From a virus: a stretch of 64,000 nt of DNA. Made by a program: the position numbers and the translations under genes. The notes beneath the pieces were generated by a model. It had not been told where the DNA came from, searched no databases, and saw only the letters and a program-made list of their open reading frames with translations. Positions 9,091-17,668 of this stretch are shown here, piece after piece (position 1 is the first letter of the stretch; each line of letters begins with the position of its first letter). Location: IMG/VR virus record IMGVR_UViG_3300027806_000001, positions 119,469-183,468 of that record. One strand, 5' to 3'.

Positions 9091-9128
9091 CGCTGTCACT
9101 TGTCCTCCTCTTTCTCGTGACCCTCGGG

Positions 9129-10160
9129 TCAGACCTTGTAGTCGGCGAGCAGCTGCTTGTGCTTCTCGTTCCAGCTCTTGAAGCTGGCGGACTTGATGAG
9201 CATGGGCATGATCTTCGGATCCTTCTGCGCCAGCATGCCGGCGAAGAACAGGGACGCGATCTCGGGCCGGATGCGGCAGCCGTTCGTCCCGGCCATCACG
9301 CCCGCGGCCTTCTCGAAGATGGAGAGCTTGCGCACGGTGCGGTGCAGGATGTTCGACACGACCGCGTAGGTCAGCGACATCTTGCTGGGGCCGTCCTCGT
9401 AGGACGCCTTGCCGTCCAGCAGGGCGTCGATGTCGGGCAGGTTCTTGGCCTCCCGGCGGTACTCCAGGAACCAGCCCGCCGCGGCCTTGCCCACGGCGCC
9501 CTCGACGGCCTGGCGGTCGTCGATCCCGGCCTTCAGGAGCTTGGACACGGTGGCCCAGGCGCGCGGGGTCGGGAAGTTGCCGTACTCGTCGACCGGCGGC
9601 TGGTACAGGTGCTCGCCGGAGCAGTAGGACATGAAGCCGAGGACGTCGGGCTCGATGGCGCCGATCGTCATGGCCCAGTTGCGCCACTGGTTGAAGTCCG
9701 GCTCCATCTCCACGATCACGAACCGGTTGCGCAGCGGGGCGCTGAGCGGGTTGACGTGGGCCTTGTGGCTGCTCTTGTTGCCGCAGGCCACGATCCACCA
9801 GCCGTCCGCGAGCTTGTGCGGGCCGCACCGGCGGTCGAGGATGAACTGCAGGGCGGCGTTCTGGACCGACGGGTCGGCGGTGTTGATCTCGTCGAACAGG
9901 ATGATGCCGCTGCCCGAGGTCGGCAGGAAGTCGGGCCGGGCCCACGCCACGGTGGGGTCCGAGTCCGAGGTGCGGTTGACGAGCGGCATGCCCCGCATGT
10001 CGACCGGCTCGAGCATGCTGAGGCGGACGTCCTTGACCTCGTCGCCATCGGCGGCCTGCTTGCAGATCTCGGACTTGCCGATGCCGGGGGCGCCGAAGAT
10101 CAGGAGGGGCACTCCTGCGCGGCGGTAGCTCTTGATCATCTCGACGTAGTTGCTGTTCAT
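9129..10160 (-). CDS. MoxR/dynein-related AAA+ ATPase
   Basis: Walker A GAPGIGKS, Walker B ILFDEINTA, PLRNRF arginine finger; adjacent to the vWA gene. Confidence 0.9.
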   Translation of the reverse strand: MNSNYVEMIKSYRRAGVPLLIFGAPGIGKSEICKQAADGDEVKDVRLSMLEPVDMRGMPLVNRTSDSDPTVAWARPDFLPTSGSGIILFDEINTADPSVQNAALQFILDRRCGPHKLADGWWIVACGNKSSHKAHVNPLSAPLRNRFVIVEMEPDFNQWRNWAMTIGAIEPDVLGFMSYCSGEHLYQPPVDEYGNFPTPRAWATVSKLLKAGIDDRQAVEGAVGKAAAGWFLEYRREAKNLPDIDALLDGKASYEDGPSKMSLTYAVVSNILHRTVRKLSIFEKAAGVMAGTNGCRIRPEIASLFFAGMLAQKDPKIMPMLIKSASFKSWNEKHKQLLADYKV

Positions 10161-10206
10161 GGTCTCTGTTCCTTCTTTCTCTGGTTTCTCGTCGTTCCAG
10201 GGGCGG

Positions 10207-10716
10207 TCAGGCGACCGCCTCCTCCATGCTGTCCTCGGTCTCCTGCGCCTCCTCGGGCTGGTCCGCGTCGGCCACGCCGACCACGAACGCCATGCCCATG
10301 CAGCGATCGATCAGCTCCGAATACCCCTTCGACTGGGCCACGGCCTCGGACGAGCAGGCGGAGTTCTTGCCGAAGTCCTCGTTCCCGCCCAGCAGCATCC
10401 TGTCAGCAGTGTCGCTCAGCCTCTGCAGCAGGGGGCCCTCCTTGTCGCCTTTGCTGGACCGGCGGTTGTGTATGCGCCAGTCGTCCTCCGAGTTGCCGAC
10501 GGTCGTCAGGAAGCCGGTCTCGTAGAGGCGGCAGCCGAAGAACCTGGTCAGCGCCTCGATGTGGCGGAGCTCCAGGGCGGACGAGACGGCCGGCCGGCCG
10601 AACAGCTCGTCGAACTCGGCCTCGCGGATCGCCATGATCTCGGCCAGGTTGCGGCGGCTCATGATGTCGCAGGCGACGATGGAGCGGACGACGTGCGTGA
10701 TGTACTCAGACAGCAT
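10207..10716 (-). CDS. Hypothetical protein, possible XRE-like HTH
   Basis: MSRRNLAEIMAIREAEFDELF...HIEALTRFFG loosely resembles an XRE HTH. Confidence 0.5.
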   Translation of the reverse strand: MLSEYITHVVRSIVACDIMSRRNLAEIMAIREAEFDELFGRPAVSSALELRHIEALTRFFGCRLYETGFLTTVGNSEDDWRIHNRRSSKGDKEGPLLQRLSDTADRMLLGGNEDFGKNSACSSEAVAQSKGYSELIDRCMGMAFVVGVADADQPEEAQETEDSMEEAVA

Positions 10717-10783
10717 TCTTCACCTTCCTTCATTCATTTGATTGCTAACGATGGGAAAAGCGCATCTCGAACCCTCGGCCCGG

Positions 10784-10819
10784 CCGCCCCGGGTCCTCCT
10801 CGCGGAGGACCCGGGGCGG
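10784..10819. other. 16-bp stem-loop with GCGA tetraloop on the minus strand
   Basis: ccgccccgggtcctcc-tcgc-ggaggacccggggcgg. Confidence 0.8.
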
Positions 10820-10845
10820 GCCAAGACCTTCGAAGAGGCCGGACG

Positions 10846-11958
10846 TCAGGCAGGCTGATGTCCGCCGGTGGCCTCCAAGCCCCCGGCCATCGGTGTCCGG
10901 TCGCCGGCGGCAGGGTGCACCTGCTGCCGCAGCGCCGCCGTCATGGAAGACGGCAGACCCAGCGACCGGGCCGAACGGTCCCTGCCCTCCATGACGTGCC
11001 AGGTGTCCACGCGCCTGGCCAGGATCAGCGACTCGGTCGGCAGGGGAGCTACGTATTTCTCCCTGCAGTTGACCGCGTCGTGGAACCACCAGGGCACGTA
11101 GTCCGTCAGCCCGGCGGCGCCCTGGGCGCCGATCCAGACCTTGGCCCGCTCCCGCTCCGAGGAGTCCAGCCCCAGCATGCCGAGCGGATCGGCCAGCAGC
11201 TGGGTCAGGGTGCGCGTGAACGCATCCTTGACCTTGGCTCCGGCCTGCTCGATCACGCTGACCAGTCCGGCCGCGCACGTGCCCGACCGCCGGAACACTT
11301 CCCACGGCGTCAGGGTCGAGATCGACTCCAGTATCCGCCGGACCTGCCGGTACAGCGGACTGGAGCTGATGCCGCATCCGCTGAAGACGTGGTCGATGGC
11401 CGGATGCGCCAGGAACGCCGGGTGGTCGACCAGCTGGCACGTCTCCTTCTTAACCAGCAGCAGCGGCTGGCTGGGGCACGTGATCTTCGTGCCGGCCGCC
11501 TGGATCAGCTCGTGCTGGCGCATGAGCAGCTGCAGGGCCCCGGGAGGGGTGCTGCAGCCCACATTGACCAGGGAGGCGAAGTTCTGCTGCACGTACGCCC
11601 GGCGCATCAGCTCGCCGAACCGCACCTGCCCCGACCTGGCGAACTCCCGGATGCAGGGGATCTCCTCCCCCTCGTACATCCAGGCGTACTCCAGGTCAGC
11701 GACGTCGTGCTCCCCCTCCGTGTCCCAGCGGAAGTCCAGCAGCCTGAACTCCCTGGAGCTGACCTCCCAGGACAGGCTCTGCGTGAAGGCCCTCGTGGTC
11801 TCGCCGTCGGTGACGGCCACGAGCGACCTGGCCGAGGAGGCCGGAAGGATGAAGACATCCTGCGGCAGCCTCGACTCCATGATGTACCTCGGAAGGATCG
11901 ATTCCTTCCTCGTGACGAATGCCCTGGTCTCCAGGGCGGTGCCATCCTGTCGGTGCAT
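10846..11958 (-). CDS. Hypothetical protein (370 aa)
   Basis: GGAGG RBS 8 nt before ATG (MHRQDG...). Confidence 0.7.
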   Translation of the reverse strand: MHRQDGTALETRAFVTRKESILPRYIMESRLPQDVFILPASSARSLVAVTDGETTRAFTQSLSWEVSSREFRLLDFRWDTEGEHDVADLEYAWMYEGEEIPCIREFARSGQVRFGELMRRAYVQQNFASLVNVGCSTPPGALQLLMRQHELIQAAGTKITCPSQPLLLVKKETCQLVDHPAFLAHPAIDHVFSGCGISSSPLYRQVRRILESISTLTPWEVFRRSGTCAAGLVSVIEQAGAKVKDAFTRTLTQLLADPLGMLGLDSSERERAKVWIGAQGAAGLTDYVPWWFHDAVNCREKYVAPLPTESLILARRVDTWHVMEGRDRSARSLGLPSSMTAALRQQVHPAAGDRTPMAGGLEATGGHQPA

Positions 11959-11973
11959 TCCGTGCACCTCCAT

Positions 11974-12000
11974 GAAAAACCCCGGCGAGAGTCGCCGGGG
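11974..12000 (-). terminator. Intrinsic terminator in a 5' leader
   Basis: ccccggcga/tcgccgggg stem plus TTTTTC on the minus strand, immediately before the RBS of 10846..11958. Confidence 0.7.
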
Positions 12001-12060
12001 CATTACCCTTACTGCCTCTTGGCCGTGACCGGTTCACGGCGAAGGCGCAGCAGGTAATTC

Positions 12061-12086
12061 TAACGCATGGAGATGCGCTGTTTAGC
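12061..12086 (-). promoter_or_regulatory. Bipartite motif copy D (GCTAAACA-N11-TGCGTTA)
   Basis: Plus strand reads TAACGCA-tggagatgcgc-TGTTTAGC; overlaps the TAA of 12082..12354. Confidence 0.6.
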
Positions 12087-12354
12087 GCAGCTTGTGGGTC
12101 GCGGGCTCGGTCTTGTCGACGTCCAGGACGCGCGGCTGGCCGAGCTCCTCGAGCACCAGCTTGCCGGTGTCGGTGGCCTTCAGCCTGTAGCTGTGCAGCG
12201 GCTTGCCGCCCTCGGTCGTCGTCGAGATCGGGAAAAGCACGCAGCTCTTGGAGCGGCCGTAGAACACGGGCCGGACCTCGAGCGGAAAGCCCCCTTCCTG
12301 GACGTCCTCGACCTGGACCTCCATCGGATCGGGTTCATGCAGTCTGATCTTCAT
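12082..12354 (-). CDS. Hypothetical protein (90 aa)
   Basis: AAGGA RBS; coupled to the upstream gene. Confidence 0.65.
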   Translation of the reverse strand: MKIRLHEPDPMEVQVEDVQEGGFPLEVRPVFYGRSKSCVLFPISTTTEGGKPLHSYRLKATDTGKLVLEELGQPRVLDVDKTEPATHKLR

Positions 12355-12736
12355 TCCTTTGCTCCTTTGCTGGCGCCGGCTTCAGTCCGTCGGCGCAGAT
12401 GGCGTTGTGGATGTCCATGTAGCCGGCGTACATGGCCGGGGCGTAGGCCTCCGGGCCGAACCCGAAGACCTGGTAGAGGACGTAGCGGTAGCTGCCCCCC
12501 AGCTCTATCTCGCCCTTGCGGATGCGGCGGCTGACGGCGCAGAACGCCTGCAGCTGCTGCTCCTTCGTCAGGCTCTCCCAGAAGGCCTCCGAGGCGCAGT
12601 CGTCGTGACGCGGGCCCTTCTCGAACAGCTCGCACGGGATGAAGACCGCATTCAGATGGTCCATCGCTTCCTGGATGTCCTGCTTGCTGCCTCGGATGCC
12701 GGGAGGCAGCGGCTCCTCTGTCTGGTCTTCGCTCAT
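12335..12736 (-). CDS. Conserved-looking phage hypothetical protein
   Basis: MSEDQTEE start; GSYRYVLYQVFGFGPEAY...GYMDIHN motif recalled from other phage proteins. Confidence 0.7.
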   Translation of the reverse strand: MSEDQTEEPLPPGIRGSKQDIQEAMDHLNAVFIPCELFEKGPRHDDCASEAFWESLTKEQQLQAFCAVSRRIRKGEIELGGSYRYVLYQVFGFGPEAYAPAMYAGYMDIHNAICADGLKPAPAKEQRNEDQTA

Positions 12737-13188
12737 GCCCTCTCCTCGGTCTTGTCGGAGGTGCGGGTGCCGAAGGTGATCCACGGCCTTTCCGGCCCGA
12801 ATGGCGCCGGGTCGACCCCCGGCCACATAGGAATTGGGACCGGCGACACCGGGTAAGGCGGCAACGGACATCCAGGAACGGACGGACCCCGGAGCTGGGC
12901 GGACTCCAAGGCCGCGACGCGGCATGTCAGGATGGCCAAATTTCTCCTCAGCGAGTCCAGCTCGGCAGCTGTGGCCGGGGCTGGCTGGGGCGGCCGCTCG
13001 GCCCGCGCCTTGCTTTCGGCGGCCAGGCGGTCGTACGCGTCCAGCAGGGCCTGCACCTCCGAGCTCAACTCGATGTCCCTGGGCGCCTGGATCAGCTGGT
13101 GCTCGGCCCATACGCGCAGCATCGTGATCAGCCTCTCGATGACCCCCCGGTCGAACGGCTCGCCGTCTTGCTTCGGTTCATTACTCAA
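12733..13188 (-). CDS. Hypothetical coiled-coil/Pro-rich protein (TTG start)
   Basis: Start overlaps the end of the Tad1-like gene; stop overlaps the next ATG. Confidence 0.55.
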   Translation of the reverse strand: MSNEPKQDGEPFDRGVIERLITMLRVWAEHQLIQAPRDIELSSEVQALLDAYDRLAAESKARAERPPQPAPATAAELDSLRRNLAILTCRVAALESAQLRGPSVPGCPLPPYPVSPVPIPMWPGVDPAPFGPERPWITFGTRTSDKTEERA

Positions 13189-13501
13189 GGTGGGTGCCCT
13201 CCACGTTGCGACCCTCGCGCTCCGCCGTGCGGGCCTCGAGCGACGCCAGGGCCGCCTCGAGGTGCTCCAGGGCCTTGGCGTTGTGCGCGCAGGCGAACCT
13301 GCTCTCCTGGTAGTAGCGGATGCGCTGCGCCGCCGCCTCGATGACAGTCTCCACGAACGCGCCGTTGGGCTGCTGCCGGTCCGGCCCGCGGCCAAGGGGG
13401 CCGTTCTGCCAGTTGATGAAGATGCCCTCGCCTACGGCAAAGCCGCCGGCGGGATTGCCGTCGGCGTCGTTCCTGTTCTCGCATTTGATCGATTGCTTCA
13501 T
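13181..13501 (-). CDS. tad1: Tad1/Acb2-like anti-defence sponge protein
   Basis: INWQNG...NGAFVETVIEAAAQRIRYYQESRFACAHNAKALEHLEAALASLEARTAEREGRNVEGT matches the Tad1 pattern F/WQxG...RLxxFQ...F...NAxALxHxEEAL...R..R.V.GT. Confidence 0.8.
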   Translation of the reverse strand: MKQSIKCENRNDADGNPAGGFAVGEGIFINWQNGPLGRGPDRQQPNGAFVETVIEAAAQRIRYYQESRFACAHNAKALEHLEAALASLEARTAEREGRNVEGTHLE

Positions 13502-13523
13502 GCTGTGTTCCTTTTGACTGGGC

Positions 13524-14144
13524 TCAGGATTGCCTGAGCTTCTTGAAGAGTTCCGCCGCCTCGCCCTCCCCGGGGCTGTTCTTCTGCACGTAGATGCAGC
13601 TGAAGGGCGGGCCGTTCTTGACGTTGAGGTAGAGTCTGCTGGCCTGGTTGTGGGGCAGGAAGAAGGTGATGTCCACGAACTCCCGGATGCCCACGACCTG
13701 CATCCGCTGCAGCTTGACGGGGTCCCTGACCTGGACGTCCTCCGCGGTGCAGCCGTAGAGGATCTTGCCGTCCTTGCCGTCGCTGGCCAGCCACCGCGAC
13801 GACTCCATCCATGCCCGGAAGCCTGCCCACTGGTCGTGGGGCAGCCCCTGCACGTAGCGCGACCATCCCGGCTCCGGGGGCTTGACCCCCTCCGGATGCC
13901 TGACGTCCTCCTCGAGCAGCGGCTGGGGCAGCTCGAAGTGGACGACGTCCAGGCGGGTGTCGAACTGCCTGGCGTAGAGCTCGAAGAGCGACACCGAGAT
14001 GCGCAGGTACATGTGCATCGTGTTGACGAAGAACAGGGAGTAGTCCTTCGCGAACGACTGCAGGTCCTGCAGCTCCGGCCTGGTCTCCTGGGAGACCGAG
14101 TCGCTCTCCTGGCCGGCCGCTCCTACGTACAGGGGCTCCTTCAT
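13524..14144 (-). CDS. Hypothetical protein (206 aa)
   Basis: GAGGAG RBS; coding-like. Confidence 0.7.
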   Translation of the reverse strand: MKEPLYVGAAGQESDSVSQETRPELQDLQSFAKDYSLFFVNTMHMYLRISVSLFELYARQFDTRLDVVHFELPQPLLEEDVRHPEGVKPPEPGWSRYVQGLPHDQWAGFRAWMESSRWLASDGKDGKILYGCTAEDVQVRDPVKLQRMQVVGIREFVDITFFLPHNQASRLYLNVKNGPPFSCIYVQKNSPGEGEAAELFKKLRQS

Positions 14145-14154
14145 CTCGCGCTCC

Positions 14155-14472
14155 TCAGTCGTTGGAGGGCTGGGCCTTTTCGGAGGGCTGGCCCTGGTCG
14201 GGCCCGGCCTCGGCCGCCTCGACCTGCCGGGCGACCTCGGCCGCCACGATGGCCTGCACCTGGCCGTGCAGCATCTTCAGGCCGGCGAGGATGGCCGACG
14301 ACTGGTCGGGCCCGAGGATCACGGTCTGGATGTTCTCGTGGCCGACCCCGACCGGAGTGCGGGCCCTGGTGTGGATCTTGACCTCCAGCAGCTCGCCGTC
14401 CTTGGACGGGATGCGGGTGAAGGCGCTGCTCTCCGAGAGGAGGGCGAATTCCTGGTTCTGCTGGCTGCTCAT
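14155..14472 (-). CDS. Hypothetical protein (105 aa)
   Basis: ATGA overlap with the RuvC stop. Confidence 0.65.
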   Translation of the reverse strand: MSSQQNQEFALLSESSAFTRIPSKDGELLEVKIHTRARTPVGVGHENIQTVILGPDQSSAILAGLKMLHGQVQAIVAAEVARQVEAAEAGPDQGQPSEKAQPSND

Positions 14473-15023
14473 TTCCTTAGCTCCTTGTATTTCCTGGTGG
14501 CGGTGGCCGCCATGTAGACGGACACCGCATCGTATGCGTGCTCGTTGACACCTCTGAGCAACTTGCCGCCCTTGCCCTTGATCCATCCGTTGAAGTACGG
14601 GAACCTGGCCAGGACGGAGTCCCGTACCTGGTCCTTGGTGGCGTTGGCGTCACCGGTCGCGGCGCGCTTGGCCTCGAACGGAGTGACCAGCGTGCAGCCT
14701 ATGCCCAGCAGGGTGATGGCCCCGCAGGCCGCCCCGCGGGACAGGGCCATGCTCTTCGCCGCCTTGGCGCTCTTCGATCCTCCGGTCGGGCACTCGATGA
14801 AGATGTGCACCGGCTCCCACCTGCCTATGGCATGCTCCAGGCCCAGGACCAGCTCGGAGGTCCTGCGCCAGTCGTCGTCGGACACCCTGGCCTTGCCGGA
14901 CCCTGCCTCCGTCCTGATCACGTCCACCGCCACCAGCCTGTCCGGCTCCCCGAGGGAAAGCACGGCGACCCCGGTGTTGGCCAGGGCTAGGTCGAGGCAG
15001 AGGATGTGGTCGGGAGCGGGCAT
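14469..15023 (-). CDS. ruvC: RuvC-like Holliday junction resolvase
   Basis: ILCLDLALANTG, FIECP, EAKRAATGDANATKDQV, NEHAYDA catalytic pattern. Confidence 0.85.
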   Translation of the reverse strand: MPAPDHILCLDLALANTGVAVLSLGEPDRLVAVDVIRTEAGSGKARVSDDDWRRTSELVLGLEHAIGRWEPVHIFIECPTGGSKSAKAAKSMALSRGAACGAITLLGIGCTLVTPFEAKRAATGDANATKDQVRDSVLARFPYFNGWIKGKGGKLLRGVNEHAYDAVSVYMAATATRKYKELRK

Positions 15024-15134
15024 GGGTTCACCGGCGAGGGAACATGGACTCGAACTCCAGCCAGCCTGCCAGCGCGACCGTGATCGCGAAGACGGGCAGC
15101 ATCAGCTGCGGAGCGAACTGCGTGGCCATGGGTA

Positions 15135-15572
15135 TCACGCTCCGTCGTCCTTTGGATCCTCGTCGTCCAGGGTGAAGTCCTCCGGGTCGAGCTTGACCTC
15201 CGGGGGCTGCTGCGGAGGCATGCCTCCGAACAGGGCCGAGAGCAGGTCCTTCACGCCTCCCGAGGAGGATTCGGCGTCCGGGCGGCCCAGCCTGACGAAC
15301 TTGATGTCCACGTCCTGCGGGGACGGCGGACCCTTCTCCGGCATCGCGTGGCGGGCCGCGTCGTACATGGCCTGAGGGTTGGCCCTGCCGGAGACGATCC
15401 TCGGCTTCAGCGAGACCCAGTTGCCGTCGCAGTCCATCGGCACGCCGAGGAACACGGTGCGGCCCTTGAGGTCGATCGTCTCGAGGATGAGGCCCAGCCT
15501 GCCGTTCTCGGCGATGGCGAACTTCCCGCAGTCCGGGTGCTCCTTGCTGCTGTCCTGCTTCCTGGAGGTCAT
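15135..15572 (-). CDS. Hypothetical protein (145 aa)
   Basis: ATGA coupling. Confidence 0.6.
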   Translation of the reverse strand: MTSRKQDSSKEHPDCGKFAIAENGRLGLILETIDLKGRTVFLGVPMDCDGNWVSLKPRIVSGRANPQAMYDAARHAMPEKGPPSPQDVDIKFVRLGRPDAESSSGGVKDLLSALFGGMPPQQPPEVKLDPEDFTLDDEDPKDDGA

Positions 15573-16087
15573 CCGAGCCCCCTTCCGCCCTTGCGGAGCA
15601 TGTTCTCGGCGGCCTGGTTGACCGGCGAGTCCATGTACTCCTTGAAGTTGCTGACCCGTGCGATGGCTGCCTGGTGCCACATGCGGACCATCACGTCGCC
15701 CAGGTTCTTGAGCACCCAGGTGCGCGACTCCCACGGCAGGTCGGCGAAGCCGGACGCCAGGTAGGCCTCCTCCGGCGTGGCGTGCGACAGGCCCTCGCGG
15801 GACAGGACGTAGCGGAGGGCCAGGACGGCCTTCTCCATGTCCGGCTCCGAGATCTTGAGCACCTGCTCGGCGACGTAGCCGTCCACGTTCTGGATGAGGG
15901 TGCACATGGCGACGAACGCCCCCGGCACGCAGTTGATGATGTCGTGCTGGGGGACGTAGGACTCGTTGACGTTGTTGACTCCCCGCGGGCTGACGGAGAG
16001 CATGTGCCGCGGGTTGAACGGCAGGGGCATTCCGACCGGCATGCTCAGGCTGGCTCGGAGCTGTTCTCTGGCTTCTTCATTGGACAT
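15569..16087 (-). CDS. Hypothetical protein (172 aa)
   Basis: AAGGAAG RBS; MSNEEAREQL... Confidence 0.7.
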   Translation of the reverse strand: MSNEEAREQLRASLSMPVGMPLPFNPRHMLSVSPRGVNNVNESYVPQHDIINCVPGAFVAMCTLIQNVDGYVAEQVLKISEPDMEKAVLALRYVLSREGLSHATPEEAYLASGFADLPWESRTWVLKNLGDVMVRMWHQAAIARVSNFKEYMDSPVNQAAENMLRKGGRGLG

Positions 16088-16812
16088 AGGTTTCTTCCTT
16101 CTATCTTGAGGACCACTTCCCTGACCTCGACCCTGGCCGCCGAATGGGGCCGGCACGACCTGTGGCACCGATCATAGCCCGTCGGACAGGAATGGCAAGG
16201 GCCGTCGAGCCCCTTGTCGCATCTTTTCGCACGCTCCTCCGCCAGGGCCTTGTTGCGCCCCTGCTGCGAGGACGTGGCCCTGATGGCGCCGGCCGAGGTC
16301 CTCCTGGAGTCCTCCCGGAGCATCAGGCCTCCGGCCGAAGGTTCCCAGGACAGCACCGGCACCGGATCCGGCAGGACCAGCACCTCGCACCTCACGGCCT
16401 CCTCGGGCCTGGAGATGCGTATGCGCTCCCGGTCCATGAGCGTCCTGGTGCAGCCCAGGATGTCGCTCAACGGCCGCAGGAACCTGGGCACCGGGGCGTG
16501 GAGGTCCAGGCCGGCGGCCGGGCCGTCCAGGACCCGGATCCGGTAGGACTCCACGCCGCCCGCGTCCACCTGCAGCTCGTCGATCCTGGCGGCCATCCAG
16601 CCCATCTCCTCCCTGCGCCCGCCGTACAGCTGGCATAGGGAGTCCTTGAGCCTCTTCCTGTTGCCGGCCACCTGCCAGCACAGGACGTCGACCGCCCTGG
16701 CGTCCATGAAGCAGTGGAGGAACGGCTGCAGGAACGGCCTGGCCACCTCAGGCACGCACCCGGTCGCCTCCGCCGCGGCCCTTGCGCACTCGGCCAGCAG
16801 CGCGGCGTCCAT
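16045..16812 (-). CDS. Hypothetical protein with Cys-rich C-terminus
   Basis: CDKGLDGPCHSCPTGYDRCHRSC cluster. Confidence 0.6.
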   Translation of the reverse strand: MDAALLAECARAAAEATGCVPEVARPFLQPFLHCFMDARAVDVLCWQVAGNRKRLKDSLCQLYGGRREEMGWMAARIDELQVDAGGVESYRIRVLDGPAAGLDLHAPVPRFLRPLSDILGCTRTLMDRERIRISRPEEAVRCEVLVLPDPVPVLSWEPSAGGLMLREDSRRTSAGAIRATSSQQGRNKALAEERAKRCDKGLDGPCHSCPTGYDRCHRSCRPHSAARVEVREVVLKIEGRNLCPMKKPENSSEPA

Positions 16813-17668
16813 TCTTCTTCCCGGCACGCTTGCCCTTGCGAGCCTTGCCTTCATCTGGGATGAGATCGACGCGCAGTCCTGGGGCTTGGCGTGCAGCCTT
16901 GCCTTTGGCGTTCGGAGATTTTCCGACGTCGCCGCCAGCCTTCGCCACGCCGAACTTAGGGGGATGAAGGACAAGTCCATCTGCCACCTCCTCGCATTTC
17001 ATGACCTCCTTGCCGTCCCCGTCCACCTGCCTCCAGCCGTGGGACCTCACGCGCATGGACCTGTCAGGCTGGGGCTCGTCGAAGTAGGTCCAGGTGTGCT
17101 CGAAGGCGCCCCGGACCACCTGCCGAACCAGCTGCCGCTCCTCCGGTCCGGTCCCGGTCCTGCTGAACTGGGTGCGCTCGAAGTCCCGGGGACCGGTGCC
17201 AACGGTCACGGTGATCTCCCCGGCGCCGCTGGGCTCCAGGGACGTGACGATCTCGGTCACCGTCGGCCTGCAGGGATCCTCCGACGTGCTGTCGCGGGTC
17301 TCGAACTTGACGTGCCTGATCCGGACCGCGACCTCCTCGAGGACGGTCAGCTCGTCATGGACGAGCGTGCTGGAGACCTCGTGGACGAATCCGGACGGGC
17401 GATGCGTCCTGGTCCACCTCAGCGGCACCACGACCTCGCCCCGGCCCGGCATGTGGACCGTGAAGGACTCCTCCGAGACGCAGTCGGTGTGGGAGGGCTC
17501 CTCCTGCCGCATCGCGGCAGGATCGCCGACCTCCTTGACGGCCGTCTTCGACAGGAGCATTCCACCGCATAGGTCGCAGGCGTAGCCCGATTTTCCCTGC
17601 ACCTCCCCGCAGCCCGAACCGTCGGTTCCGTTGCCGATGCACTCGACAGGGCCGTCGATGTCGCTCAT
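16748..17668 (-). CDS. Hypothetical protein with N-terminal zinc ribbon
   Basis: CIGNGTDGSGC...CDLCGG; basic C-terminal tail. Confidence 0.6.
   Translation of the reverse strand: MSDIDGPVECIGNGTDGSGCGEVQGKSGYACDLCGGMLLSKTAVKEVGDPAAMRQEEPSHTDCVSEESFTVHMPGRGEVVVPLRWTRTHRPSGFVHEVSSTLVHDELTVLEEVAVRIRHVKFETRDSTSEDPCRPTVTEIVTSLEPSGAGEITVTVGTGPRDFERTQFSRTGTGPEERQLVRQVVRGAFEHTWTYFDEPQPDRSMRVRSHGWRQVDGDGKEVMKCEEVADGLVLHPPKFGVAKAGGDVGKSPNAKGKAARQAPGLRVDLIPDEGKARKGKRAGKKNGRRAAGRVRKGRGGGDRVRA

Noticed and set aside
10755-10780. GGTTCGAGA on the minus strand as a possible tRNA T-loop
   Set aside because: Flanks do not form a T-stem and there is no cloverleaf; no tRNA could be supported anywhere in the window
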